Origin: Octopus sinensis | Lineage: Eukaryota | Direction of reading: 5' to 3' | DNA length: 64,000 bases | Assembly (NCBI RefSeq): GCF_006345805.1 | Contig: NC_043004.1 | Coordinates: 29,760,001-29,824,000 of the forward strand | Part shown: positions 11,544 to 23,559 of the stretch, piece by piece | How positions within the stretch are numbered: the stretch's first letter is position 1 | How the letters are laid out: each line of letters opens with the position of its first letter | The notes under the pieces: generated by a model | Database searches by the model: none | What the model was told of the DNA's origin: nothing | The model's input: the letters and a program-made list of their open reading frames with translations, nothing else | Translations under genes and position numbers: made by a program

Positions 11544-12559
11544 GTATATGGCTGTGCATCTGTGTTTGTCCTCTCACCATCACTTGATAACTGACGTTGG
11601 TGCATTTACATCCCTGTAACTCAGCGCTTCAGTAAAAGAGACTGATACAATAAGTACTAGGCTTACAAAGAATAAGTCCTGGAGTCAATTTGTTTGATTA
11701 AAGGCGGTGCTCCAGCATGGCTGAAGTCAACTGACTGAAACAAATAAAAGAATAAAGAATATGCACACACACACACACACACACATACATATAAAATAAA
11801 ATTTTAAAATAGAAGAATATAAATATATACATAAATAATACATACATAACATACATACATACATATATATAAGTGTGTGTGTGTGTGTATAAAGGAGTAG
11901 TATAATTTATGGATTCAGAGAAACGTGTGGCTATGACAGACAGCACCTTATACGGATTCGGCTATCAGTTCACATTGTAATCAATTTCTAAGTAGTGAAA
12001 TGTAATATGGCCATGTAACTGAAAACCTAGAAAATCTGATCAATAAAAATTATTCTGTGATAAATATATAAAAACATAAATTCAAGCGATATGAGAGGTG
12101 AGTATATTTAGCAATGTGACTTCTGCAGGATTACAGCTATTTTACAACCTTCTTCATGCAGTAATTTTGTAATGCAAGAAATTATGCATACACATCTGCA
12201 TTAATATGTTTGCTCAGTATTATACAATACCATTGTATATTCACAAATTAATGCAAATAAAGAAACATAGTTCAGCAGGTCACCAGAACATTATAGTTAC
12301 ATCAACAGTTCAATGCCAAATATAAAACACAATTTACTCTTTATATATACAGTGCATAGAAGGCAAGAACTGGACAAAATTACATTGATTTGGTCAGTAA
12401 AGGGTAAACATCACAGTAAAGATATATTGTGTTACTATTTATTAGAGAAGAAATTTTCTTTTCATATGAACCCCCTCGTATCAATTAATTTAAAGTGTTA
12501 AATAGAAATTAAGAAATTCATTTGTATTATTATTTTAAGCAAAATAACAGGAAGAAATA

Positions 12560-13400
12560 ACAAGGGATGAAATAAAAAATAAAATAAGGTAAAACTATAT
12601 AAAAATACAAGAAAATAATATAAAAGAATTTTTACCAGAGTAATTACGCCGACAGGTAAGTATGTCTGTGGGTCATTGGGTCAATAGCCATTACCATAGT
12701 AAAGCAGGGAATATAAATAAAAACCAAATTGCTTTAGATCCTACTACATTTAATTAAAATAAGTTTAAAAGCAAAAATATATTACACAAGCATATTTTGT
12801 GGTTCACCCCACCACACAAACTTTGGTCTAAACGTTGCTTCAAACATGGCTGGTATATTTTTCTGGTTTTAGATAAACACTTTCATGCATCCAGTCCATA
12901 TTATAAAACTTAATAGACATACAGTTAAACTAGCTTACTCTACTATGCCAAATATTGCTGAATATATTAGCAAGATATAACTGTGATAAATTAAACTATA
13001 TAACTAATAATTCTATAATTACTGACCACATCTATGTAATAGTACCTCTCAGCCATCCAAATAACCACAATACCATAATTAATGCAAATGATCAATGTAT
13101 TGATGCATTTAATTCTAATAATAGGCCTACTAATGAAAGCAAGCTGGACTCAGTATATCTACAATAACTGAACTAACCTTACTTTATGTAACTGTCTTGA
13201 TAAATCACCATACTCAGTCAATAATCAACGCCTCAAGAAAAATATTGTGTTTAAGTGCTCTATTACTATATTTTGTGTAAAAAATTTTTATATTGGTATG
13301 TTCTCTTCTTCATTCAACCTTCACTGGAATAATCAGAAATCTACTTTTAGACATAAAAATAAGTGTTGGACTTCTTTAGCTAAATTTTAACAATCTGTCA
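12560..13400 (+). mobile_element. Degenerate Penelope-like element (RT C-terminus to GIY-YIG linker)
   Basis: ILWFTPP...FLDKHF, VKLAYSTMPNIAEYIS and CNCLDKS...KNIVFKC match the conserved PLE motifs IIWFNPP / KVSYSCMPN / CNC...NIIY. Confidence 0.7.
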
Positions 13401-13509
13401 CTGATAATAACATTGGTCCATTGTATGTAATGCACAGCTATATAAAGGTGGTGCTGGTTGGTTTGAGCTCTATGTATCTGAGGCATTCCATATTAATAGA
13501 ATTTAATAT

Positions 13510-13810
13510 TACACTGTGTAACATGACTTTTGTCCTTGGGTAGCAACTGATATTTCCTATTTGCTTACCTTTAGAAAGTATGAAAAATAGTTAATATTTC
13601 TTCCAAACTTTGCTTTTGTTACATTTACTCAAACCCCAAAGAATCCCTCTGAACACATAGCTATGATGCTTCCCCTATTACACCTGCTCATGATCAGAGA
13701 TGTACATATTATCAGTCACTAAGGAACAGACCAAACAGGCTCAAGTGATTATGGTCAAGCAACTGACCAGAAAATCTGTGCTACTGAGCAGAATATTTGC
13801 TATAATGATA
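13510..13810 (+). mobile_element. Retroposon family C (non-autonomous SINE/LINE-tail)
   Basis: CAAACCCCAAAGAATCCCTCT...GATCAGAGATGCACATAT...GAGCAGAATATTTGCT; copies at 17330-17620, 32150-32520, 32630-33120 and 33840-34130 (-). Confidence 0.75.
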
Positions 13811-13899
13811 TGCCAGCATCTTAGAAATAAATCATTCCTATATGTTATGTACACCTAACTTTAAATTAACTTATCAGACCAACACAAACATATTGTATG

Positions 13900-14443
13900 A
13901 CTTTGATTAATGTGAATGACTGTTTTTCTGTTTACTTTCTCTGTTCGTTGGCATCAGCTGTAGAAGTCGTTGTGCATGCACACACACAACCACAGAAATT
14001 TTCCAGACGACGTTTAGCTGTTATTTTTAGCAGTTCATTTTCAGTTTTAGACAATAGGATGGGGTGGCGAGGGGTGTATGGATCAATTTTGAAGTTCTTC
14101 ATTGAAAATTCGAAACTAAAAATTGTTTTTCCAATATTCTTAATCTCTGTATTTTTCCACATAGACTGAAAAAGAAACAAAAATTTGAAAAAAGTTAAAA
14201 ATTTAAAATTTGGTGTGAGTGGGGAATTTAGAATTTTGAAAACATGGTTTTTTGCAAATTCAGAATCTCCCACAACAAAAACATAGGAATATGCTGAAAA
14301 AACAAAAAAAAAAATGGAAGGGTTGTATGTCCATATGGGCAAGGGCCAAAATTTGACTCCCCTAGAATCTTCCCTGGGTAATGAAAAACCTTCATGCTAA
14401 ATTTGGTACAGCTTGATGCAACAGTTTGATTGTGCTGAGAGGA

Positions 14444-14494
<51 letters not shown>

Positions 14495-14530
14495 ACATAC
14501 ACACAGTGAATTTTATAGACATAGATATGT
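13900..14530 (+). mobile_element. Non-autonomous Helitron/Helentron (DINE-1/Lep1-like) element
   Basis: 3' part CATGCTAAATTTGGT...(CA)n...GAATTTTATAGACATAGAT has the DINE-1/Lep1-type layout. Confidence 0.45.
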
Positions 14531-14771
14531 ATATTTATCATCATCTTCATCATCATTTAACGTTCATTTTTCATGCTGATATGGGTTTGATGTCCTTCAT
14601 TTCCAGTCTTCCATGGAAAAATGTCTGGCCATGGGGAATATTACTTTATTTGGAAACAGGTGAAGGTTGGTGACAAGAAGGGCATCTCACTGTAGAAAAT
14701 CCACCTTACCAACTTCTGTCTAACCCATGCAAGCATGGAAAAGTGGATGTTAAGTGACGATAATAACACAC

Positions 14772-14802
<31 letters not shown>

Positions 14803-14980
14803 TCATTTATTTAATAGCAGTGTTGAGCTCATGATCATAAGATTGTTGTTTGATTTCTGGAGAGGCCAATGCATTGTGTCCTTGAGCATGGTACTTCATT
14901 TCATGTTGTTACTCCACTCAGCTGAAATTTAGTACCAGTTGACTTGTAGTGCTGTCATCTCTTTCTCTCTCTCTCTCTAG

Positions 14981-15060
14981 CTGTCACATCTTCAATGGTT
15001 TGCTGAATCAAAGGCAGAAGAACCCCTTTTATTTTTGAGCATTTCTGCACTATCCACAAA
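14981..15060 (+). CDS. Candidate internal exon (LSHLQWFAESKAEEPLLFLSISALST)
   Basis: Strong polypyrimidine acceptor ctctttctctctctctctctag|, donor |gtaata; only one frame is open. Confidence 0.35.
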
Positions 15061-18000
15061 GTAATATTTGTTTAATCTTGCATATATGTGTCAGTGCATG
15101 ATACAGATCAAGAAATTTAGCATCTTATAGGTATATATTTATAATTATTAGCGTTTAATGGAAGGGAATTAAAATATAATCTATTGACTGAAAAAAAACC
15201 TGTATTGAAAGAAATCAACATTTTTTATAGTTTTATAAACTATACATGTAGCACTAAATATAAAATAAAACGAAATTATTTAATATATTGATTCATACCA
15301 GTACAAATACAAAGAAAATTGACTCATAGTTCATCAGAATATCTGAAAAAAGAACAGAAGAAAATAATTTCCCAGAAAGCCAATGGTGTCCAGTTGAACC
15401 CCAATTACCATATTTTATGCTATAACATCTATATGACTGGAAATTTTTAACTCAAAATTTGTATGTGCATATATATACTATTGACAATAAAAGTCATGAG
15501 ATATAAAATCATTTAGATAAAAAATGCAAAATTAGCTTAACTTTTAAAATTTGCTGGGGTCCTGTCGGCCCATGAAAGGTTAATATCCATCCCTTATCTC
15601 AATATCATCCCTTCCCACTTATTTTCTTTGCTCATACCTTTCTGTGCCTCCAGTTACTTCTCCCTCTCCTCTGAGTTATTCTCGAAAACTGCCATATCTT
15701 ATCTTCAATACTCTCTGGTATCAAGTATCCCTCTCAACACCCTTCTATATCTCTTATCTACTGCCTCCACCACCCATCTTTTTTCCCACTCACTATAGCC
15801 ACTTTTATGTACCTCTGACCTCTCCATGTCTGTTATCACTCTCATGATATTTACCATTGGCCACATTCTTCCCCTTATTCCTTTCACTGTATTCACCTAA
15901 AATCCTATCTCTAACAATCTGTCACTCTCCTTTCACACTACTATGAACTTGTTCACCCACACGGTTCCATCCTTAGTCCATATTCTTTCTCATATTCACT
16001 CTGAGAATACATTCTGACATCTTATCACTGATATCTTGCCACTGACATCTTTATTTGCATTTCAGCTTCACCCATCCATTCCTATATAATGCCTTTTGTG
16101 TAATTCCAACCCCACCTGCCCACAAAGGGTTAAAGGAAGTAATTCCAGTGGGGAGGGGAGGTCACTGATAGCACAAATGGGATTGAATCTGTGCAGATTT
16201 TGTTCTCACATGATTACAACAGCTGAATATTATCATTGTAAGAAAGGGTGATGGTGAAATGAGTGTTGGAAATATGAGAGAGAAAGTTTGAAGTGGACAG
16301 ATTGGGTTTGATGAGTCAATAAGCATAAACATTATACTTTAACTTCTCAACAACTGTTATAAAACCACCTCCACTTCTACTACAACCCCACTCAGTTGAG
16401 GAAGCTTCTATCTTTTTTCTTTGTCTTGTTAGCTACTTGACAACCTCACTAGTGCTGGTGCCACAAAAAAAAAAAAAAGCACCCAGAACACTCAATGTAG
16501 TCTTCTGGCTTATCAGATCTTTTCAAACTGACAAATTCATGCCAGCATAGAAGATGGATATTAAATGATGACAATGATGGCAATAACAATGACAATGATG
16601 ATGTATGTACACGCACCAGATGTATTCATTCTTCGCAAGTTAAAAAGCCATGGTAAGGTCATGTCTAACATTTTAGTGTTTAAAGATATACATATATAAT
16701 CAAAATATCCAACCTCTCCTAGCTATCCAACAATGTCATTCTAAAAATAAAATAACCATATCATTGAAATGCTAGAGCTACAAGATTATGCATCATTAAT
16801 TTAAAGTAATGTGAAGAAATAAGCTTTAGATGTGACAAAATAATCTGAATGCTAAAAGGGTTAAAGACGAATGCACTCATATATTTTTATACAATCACTT
16901 GAAATATTTATTGCATTTATTGCTATGCAATGCTCTTCAATAGTTTGTGAAGTGTTTACTTGGCTGATATTTCAACAATATTGACCTCAATAAGTTGTTG
17001 AACAGGAATATATTTAAATTAGTCATATTCACATTGTCAGTTATACAAATAAATAGTTTTTTTCTATATCTATTGGCTACTCCACTAGTTTCAATAAATC
17101 ATCTTATAAGACAAACATAAAATTTTCTCTAAAATGTGGATCTTCTCATTTGTTATAGATGTGTTATAAATACTCAAATAGCTAGTTTACAATTTCTTAC
17201 AATAACAGCAGCACATCCTCAATTCAATGATTATCAATTTCAAGTATTATTTGTTACTAACTTCACAAAAAGAAAACAAAATAAATAAAAGAGAAAAAAT
17301 TCTCTCACCAAAAAGTCACATATTGAATTATATAACACTGTGTAACATGATTTTTGTCTTTGGATAGCAACAGTTATTTCCTATTTGCTTATCCTTAGAA
17401 AGTTTGAAAATTGGTTAACATTTCCTTCAGACTGCTTTTGTTACATTTATTCAAACACCCCAAAATCTCTCTCAACAAATGGCTATGATGTTCCCCACTA
17501 CTCCTGCTTATGATCAGAGATGCACATATCGTCAGTCACTAAGGGACATGCTCAAGTGGTTAAGGTCAAGCAACTGACAAACAAATCTGTGGTATTGAGC
17601 AGAATATTTGCTATAACAATACTTCTGCTTCAGCAACTCAGCGCTGAATCTGTCTTAAATGTAATGGAAAATAGGTTGGTTTCAAAGCATTGATGTCGAA
17701 GTCACAAAGACAAAGTCTGAAGGGAGTAGTAGTCATTTCCTTTGATTTCTAAATAAAAGCAAATAGGAAATAACACTGACCAAAGGCAAAAAAAGAAAAA
17801 AAATTGTTACACAGTGTAATCAGTTTCTTCCCTCTCACTCTTAGCTCTCTGACTCACCCATCTCTCCTTTCATCACCTTTTCTTATTTCTTTATTGCCCA
17901 CAGGAGGCTAAACACAGAGAGGACAAACAAAGACAGACAAACGGATTAAGTCGATTATATCGACTTCAGTACGTAACTGGTACTTAATTTATCGACCCCG

Positions 18001-18179
18001 AAAGGATGAAAGGCAAAGTTGACCTCGGCAGAATTTGAACTCAGAAATACCACAGACGAAATACCACTAAGCATTTTGCCCGGCATGCTAACATTTCTGC
18101 CAACTTGCCACCTTTCATCACCTTTTCTATTCAACTACTGCCCCTACACTCACCAGTTCTCCCAGTCCTTACTCCCCAG

Positions 18180-18480
18180 AGCATCAATCTTCTCAAATTT
18201 ATCTGCAATGTTGTTCAAACTGGAGATTGAATGTATTAATCTCCTTTGTCATGGAGGTCCTAGAAAGAACAGAAATATTGACCCTTCTTGGATAAGCTAT
18301 AAAATCAGATGTGGACAATAAAACCTTGCAACTGTGTAGACTTGTAAATGTGTTTGGTTATCTTTGGGTGGTTATCTTTGAGATTCTTCACAGTTCTTCT
18401 TCATCACAGAATTCAAATTAGCCATTAAGAAAGAGACAAGGCTCTTTTGTTTAAGACTGTTCTAATGGCTTATGAGTGTG
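18180..18480 (-). mobile_element. Degenerate R4/Dong-like C-terminal fragment
   Basis: Similar to the other RLE-domain remnants; heavily decayed. Confidence 0.35.
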
Positions 18481-18502
18481 TGAGTGAAAGTATGTATATA
18501 TA

Positions 18503-18757
18503 TAAACACATAAGGAATCCACTCATAGGATTCAACACGCTAGAAAGAACAGCTAGGTTCTATAACCACAAAATTAGGGATAAAATTCGACAGGAACGAA
18601 ATGAAAAAATAAAAGCATTTTACCATTTTAGATGGTAAAATGCTTTTATTTTTTTCATTTCGTTCCTGTTGAATTTTATCCCTAATTTTGTGGTTATAGA
18701 ACCTAGCTGTTCTTTCTAGTGTGTTGAAATCCCGTGAATGGATTCCCTATGTGTTTA
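18503..18757. repeat. 255-bp near-perfect palindrome (~125-bp arms, 5-nt loop at 18627-18631)
   Basis: ...GGAACGAAATGAAAAAATAAAAGCATTTTACCAT-TTTAG-ATGGTAAAATGCTTTTATTTTTTTCATTTCGTTCC...; arms match out to TAAACAC / GTGTTTA. Confidence 0.95.
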
Positions 18758-19013
18758 AATGTACACTGTATTTTATGACTAATACATAGTATTTGGACTA
18801 AATTTTTACACGCTAGTCCACTGGAAATGAAAATTTCTATTAATTTCCATTTCCCTTTGATATGATTATACATATATGTAGGTGAATGTGTTGATATACT
18901 TGTGAAGTGTGTGTGTGAGTGTATGTGTGTATGTATGTACATTTGTATGTACGTACGTATATATGTATATATGTATGTATGTATGCATGTATGTATGTAT
19001 GTATGTATGTATG

Positions 19014-19047
<34 letters not shown>

Positions 19048-19369
19048 TGTATGTGTGCATGTATGTAGGTGCATATGTTCAAGTGGTTCGTGATTAGGTA
19101 AACAAATTAGTGTGTGCATATATGCAGCCTGTGTTGATCTATTTGTGGCAACGTGAGTTAGGTCATGCATATATGTAAATGTATGTCTCAATATATTTGT
19201 GCCCATACCACAGAGGAACATGTGTCTATTTACGTTTTATTTTTCGAATTTCTCACCAATAAATAAAACTGGTTTCTATATCAGTAACAAATTTCTTTCA
19301 TTAGAATTTAAACAACATCAATGGGGTAGTCATATATGATAGAATACATGTATGTATATAATTGTATGG

Positions 19370-19421
<52 letters not shown>

Positions 19422-19639
19422 TAATTTAGTTTTATTTCAAGATTTCTTGCCAATAGAGAAAGAGCTGGTTTCTAACCTAGATCCAAGGTTCCTTTGTTGG
19501 AATTTCAACAATATCAACAGGGTATTTTTGTTTGTATGTATGTATGTATGTATGTGTGCAGATTTGTATATTTTGTTTTACATATGTCTTCTCATGCATA
19601 TAGTTGCATATCTAGGCATGTTCATATATACTTAAATGA

Positions 19640-20040
19640 TAAACTTCTGGAAAGTTTTACAGATTTTTACAGTTCCAGTGAGGAATTGTACCTATAGTCT
19701 TCAAATCAGCTTTCTCTTTTCTGGTTTTGAGAAGCCTAAATTCTCAAGATTGGTATTTAGGCAGTGTGTTACATATCCCAGTGCCCCAATAATTACAGGT
19801 ATAAACCTAAACTTATAATTTGGATGGAGTAACTGCAAATTTTCTCAATAGTTCAGTGTAAGTATTTTGTTTTTTGCTGATCTTTAGCTTTATGTTAACA
19901 TTCGCTGGACAGTAAATTTCCACATCTGTACACAGTTTCCCTTCTTTATCCCAAATCATTATGTCAGGTCTATTATGTTTACATTTTACTAAAGTTTTCA
20001 CTGGGACATTCCAGGAAAGAATCGCTTGACTTACTATATA
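19640..20040 (-). mobile_element. R4/Dong-like restriction-like endonuclease fragment
   Basis: KHNRPDIMIWDKEGKLCTDVEIYCPANVNIKLK (PD...E motif). Confidence 0.75.
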
Positions 20041-20772
20041 CACTGAGGTTTATATGAAGGAGAGTGAAAGCGTACACAGATACTAATATCCTGGAGCCAC
20101 ATACACCCCACATATATTACACCCCCTACACATACTGCCCCACAAACATCTCCCCCACCTTCATCAAAATACATTGTGACAACTCACAGTGGTTGTCGTG
20201 TCCATTGGCCTGAGAGATTTTGTGAAACTATTTGTTTATGAACTGGCTCTAAGTTCATTTAACTGTTTTCTATTTGTATGCTTGTATTTTTTTCTTAATG
20301 CATTCATGCTGTTTTTTTTTTTTTCAGTGTTTGAACATTTTGTGACTTCTCACGTATACAATGTATATTTTTCTTTTGCCACTGTTTGGAATATTTTGCT
20401 TTGTATTTTTTCATTCCTTTGCTTTGCATTCTTCTCCTTCCTCTTTCTTATTTATATTGACTTGCTGTCTGCAGTGGGGTAGAGTAGCAAGACAGGAATG
20501 ATCTATTTTGTTACTGTGACATAGTTCAGTTGTACAGTGGAAGATTCCAGCCAATCATAGCTGGAAGCATATGAATAAAACAGCAGTGATCGGCTTTAGC
20601 TGAAGGAACTTACTGCTGCAGCGAAGCGGCAGTTTCAAACTAGTTGCAGATTTGACAGCATAGAAGCAACATTGCTTTCTTTGACATGTTACATTTTCTG
20701 TGTCCACTACCAACTGCATGCAACTCCTTTGATTGATATCAGCTTCCACTCTCCTTCATTTAAACCTCAGTG
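20041..20772. mobile_element. Tc1/mariner-type MITE
   Basis: TIRs CACTGAGGTTTATATGAAGGAGAGTG / CACTCTCCTTCATTTAAACCTCAGTG, each flanked by TA. Confidence 0.65.
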
Positions 20773-21059
20773 TATATAGTAGTAAGTCTTGTGAATTTTT
20801 CCTGTCTCACATACACATATATTTGGTTCCCATTCATATGCAAGATTAATCCTTGTTGCCACTTATTAGCACTCATTACACTACTGAATATATGTCAATG
20901 TTTTTCTTTTATAAACTTGCCTTCTGAATATTCTTTATTCACACCTTTTTAAGAAATCACTGAAAATGGATTCTTTCTATGAATTGTCTTTAAAAAAATG
21001 TTAACTACACACATTATGTTTTAACTCGAACCCGTTACATATAGGAAACATTCCTTCCA

Positions 21060-21165
21060 ACTTACATAAGTGATTCACATGTAACACTCCTATTGGCCTA
21101 CATAAGTGACTCACATGTAACACTCCTCACATAAGTGACTTACATGTAACACTCCTATGGCTTCC
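21060..21165. repeat. Short minisatellite, 3 degenerate units of ACATAAGTGA(T/C)TCACATGTAACACTCCT
   Basis: Direct repeats read from the sequence. Confidence 0.85.
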
Positions 21166-21175
21166 ACTGTATGTA

Positions 21176-21470
21176 TGAGGTCTGATCAATAAGTATCTGA
21201 AATGTTGCCATAGTAACGAAGCTAAAGCATGCAGAGTAAAGCTGCTTGGCAAAGATTGACCTTGAACTCTGTTGTGCATGCACACTGAATTTTAACGTTC
21301 AAGGCTTACCACTGCTGTTTACAGCAGTACTTGGAAGGAAGGTGTGTAGCGTGTGATCATCACATTGATCATGACAGAAAGTTGTCATGGCAATACTTGC
21401 TCAGAGACCAATACAAAGTTGCAGAAAGGGTACAGAGAGGAGTGTATGAGCCGCACACAAGTGTACAAGT
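21176..21470 (+). mobile_element. mariner 5' fragment
   Basis: TIR-like GAGGTCTGATCAATAAGTATC and the HTH fragment ETN-KLQKGYREECMSRTQVY. Confidence 0.65.
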
Positions 21471-22439
21471 GAACCCGGAAATATGTGGTTGGTAAGCAAG
21501 CTACTTACCACTCCTGTGCCTATGAACTACTTATCACAAAGTAGAAATAAAGAAATATTATATTGTTAAGTGTAACATATATGTGTGTATGTATGGGTAT
21601 GTGTGTGTGTGTGTGTGTGTATACAGTTTATAATCATTATTAAAATGTCGCAAACTTGCTCAGAGACCAATACAAAGTTGCAGAAAGGGTACAGAGAGGA
21701 GTGTGCCTATGAACTACTTATCACAAAGTAGAAATAAAGAAATATATATTGTTAAGTGTAACATATATGTGTGTATGTATGGGTATGTGTGTGTGTGTGT
21801 GTGTGTATACAGTTTATAATCATTTTAATTTGTCGCAACTAATACTTTAAGCATGTTACTCATAACAGAACTAAATCCTGGTTGGAATTTCCATTCATGA
21901 TTCAGTTATTTGATCAATTAAAGTATAAAGTGTACAGAATTAAGTACTCCACAGGCTATCATTTAACTCCTCAGCATTGAAATTGTTTATATCCAGCCTA
22001 ATTGTTCTTCTTGTTTTATGCTCAAACCAGCCAGATCTAGTTTCCCATACCTACCCTGCTGTGTCATTCTAAAAATAAACAATCACATCATTAAAATCTC
22101 AAAGCTACAAGATAATGTATGATCAATTTAAAACAATGTGAATAAATAAGTATTACATTTGACAGAAATATCTGAACATTAAAGGGTTAATGTAATTCTC
22201 TGGTGGAATCACCTTAGAGCAGAACAGACACATGCTAAGCACCCACTCTTTGTTACCTTCTTCTTTCCTCCCTCTTCCCAGCATCACTTCCATTCCTCAT
22301 TATCTTTTTCCAGTGATGTTCTCCCTTGTTTTCTATACTCCATCCTTGCACTTCTTTCAGCCCCTATCTCTCCCAATGCCCTCATATATTTAACATAACT
22401 CCCCTTCCCCTGAGCCACTCTGATATCTCCCATTTTTCC

Positions 22440-22735
22440 TTCTCGAGCCATGCCTGGCTCATAAGGGCCAGTTTCCCATTTTCTTTGGCATATAGGTTCC
22501 CCACTTGGACAGGGCGCCAGTCCGTCACAGGTGAGCTGCAAGATGCAGGAGGAAAGAGTGAGAGAAAGCTGTGGCGAAAGAGTCAGCAGAAGTTTGCCAT
22601 TACCTTCTGCCAGAGCCGCGTGGAGCTTTGGTGTTTCGCTCATAAACACACACATCGCCCAGTCTGAGATTTGAACCCACTATCCCTTGACCATGAGTCC
22701 ACTGCTCTAACCACTAGGCCATGTGCCTCCACATA
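22440..22735 (-). mobile_element. tRNA-derived SINE (family D)
   Basis: Minus-strand head with A-box TGGCCTAGTGGTTAG and B-box GGTTCAAATC, followed by a non-tRNA body. Confidence 0.7.
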
Positions 22736-23559
22736 TCTCCAATTCAATTACTACAGCTACTTTTAAGCTATCTAACTCTCTCCCCTCATATACTTATGAA
22801 ATATTCCCATCTGTCCCTGCATCAGCTCCAAACCTCTGTATTACATCACCAATATTCTCCCCCACTGTGCCTTGAGGGTACGTACTGACACATATCCACC
22901 ACCATCTCTCCCATTCTCTCCTTGTCTATCTTCCTTTCTAAGTCTTCTTCTCTGTTCTTCTCCAACTGGGAAATCCCTGTATCTCTTCTACAGCATCTTT
23001 ATCCCTCTATTACTCTTTTAACCCTTCATCAACCGGCATAAAGCCACCTCCCTCAATACTACTCCCCCAGCTGAGGGGACTTTGTCTTATCTTGCAATTT
23101 ATTTGATGACTTCACCGGTGCTGGTGCCAGTACTAAAAAAAAAAAAAAATCACCCAATACATTCTGTAAAATGGTTGGCATTAGGAAGGGCATCCAGCTA
23201 CAGAAACCATGCATGCCAAAACAAATAAGAGAACTTGGCATAGTCCTCTGGCTTGCAAGCTGTTGTCAAACCATCCAACCAATGCCATCATAGAGAACAG
23301 ACATTTAATGATGATGATGGTGATGATGATGATGATGATGAATCAACATAACTGGATCTTTAAATTGCAAGTGCAATTCATCTGACAGGCTTCCATAGAG
23401 TTTCTTTCTTTCCAATTTCACTTACAAGGTAGCGATTGATCCAAGGTAAGAATAAATGCCATTTGCCAAAGATACCATGAAAAAGAATTGAAATAGGAAC
23501 CTCATGATTATGATACATTCTACATAGTATGATTTAAACAATATGAAGCAATTATTATT

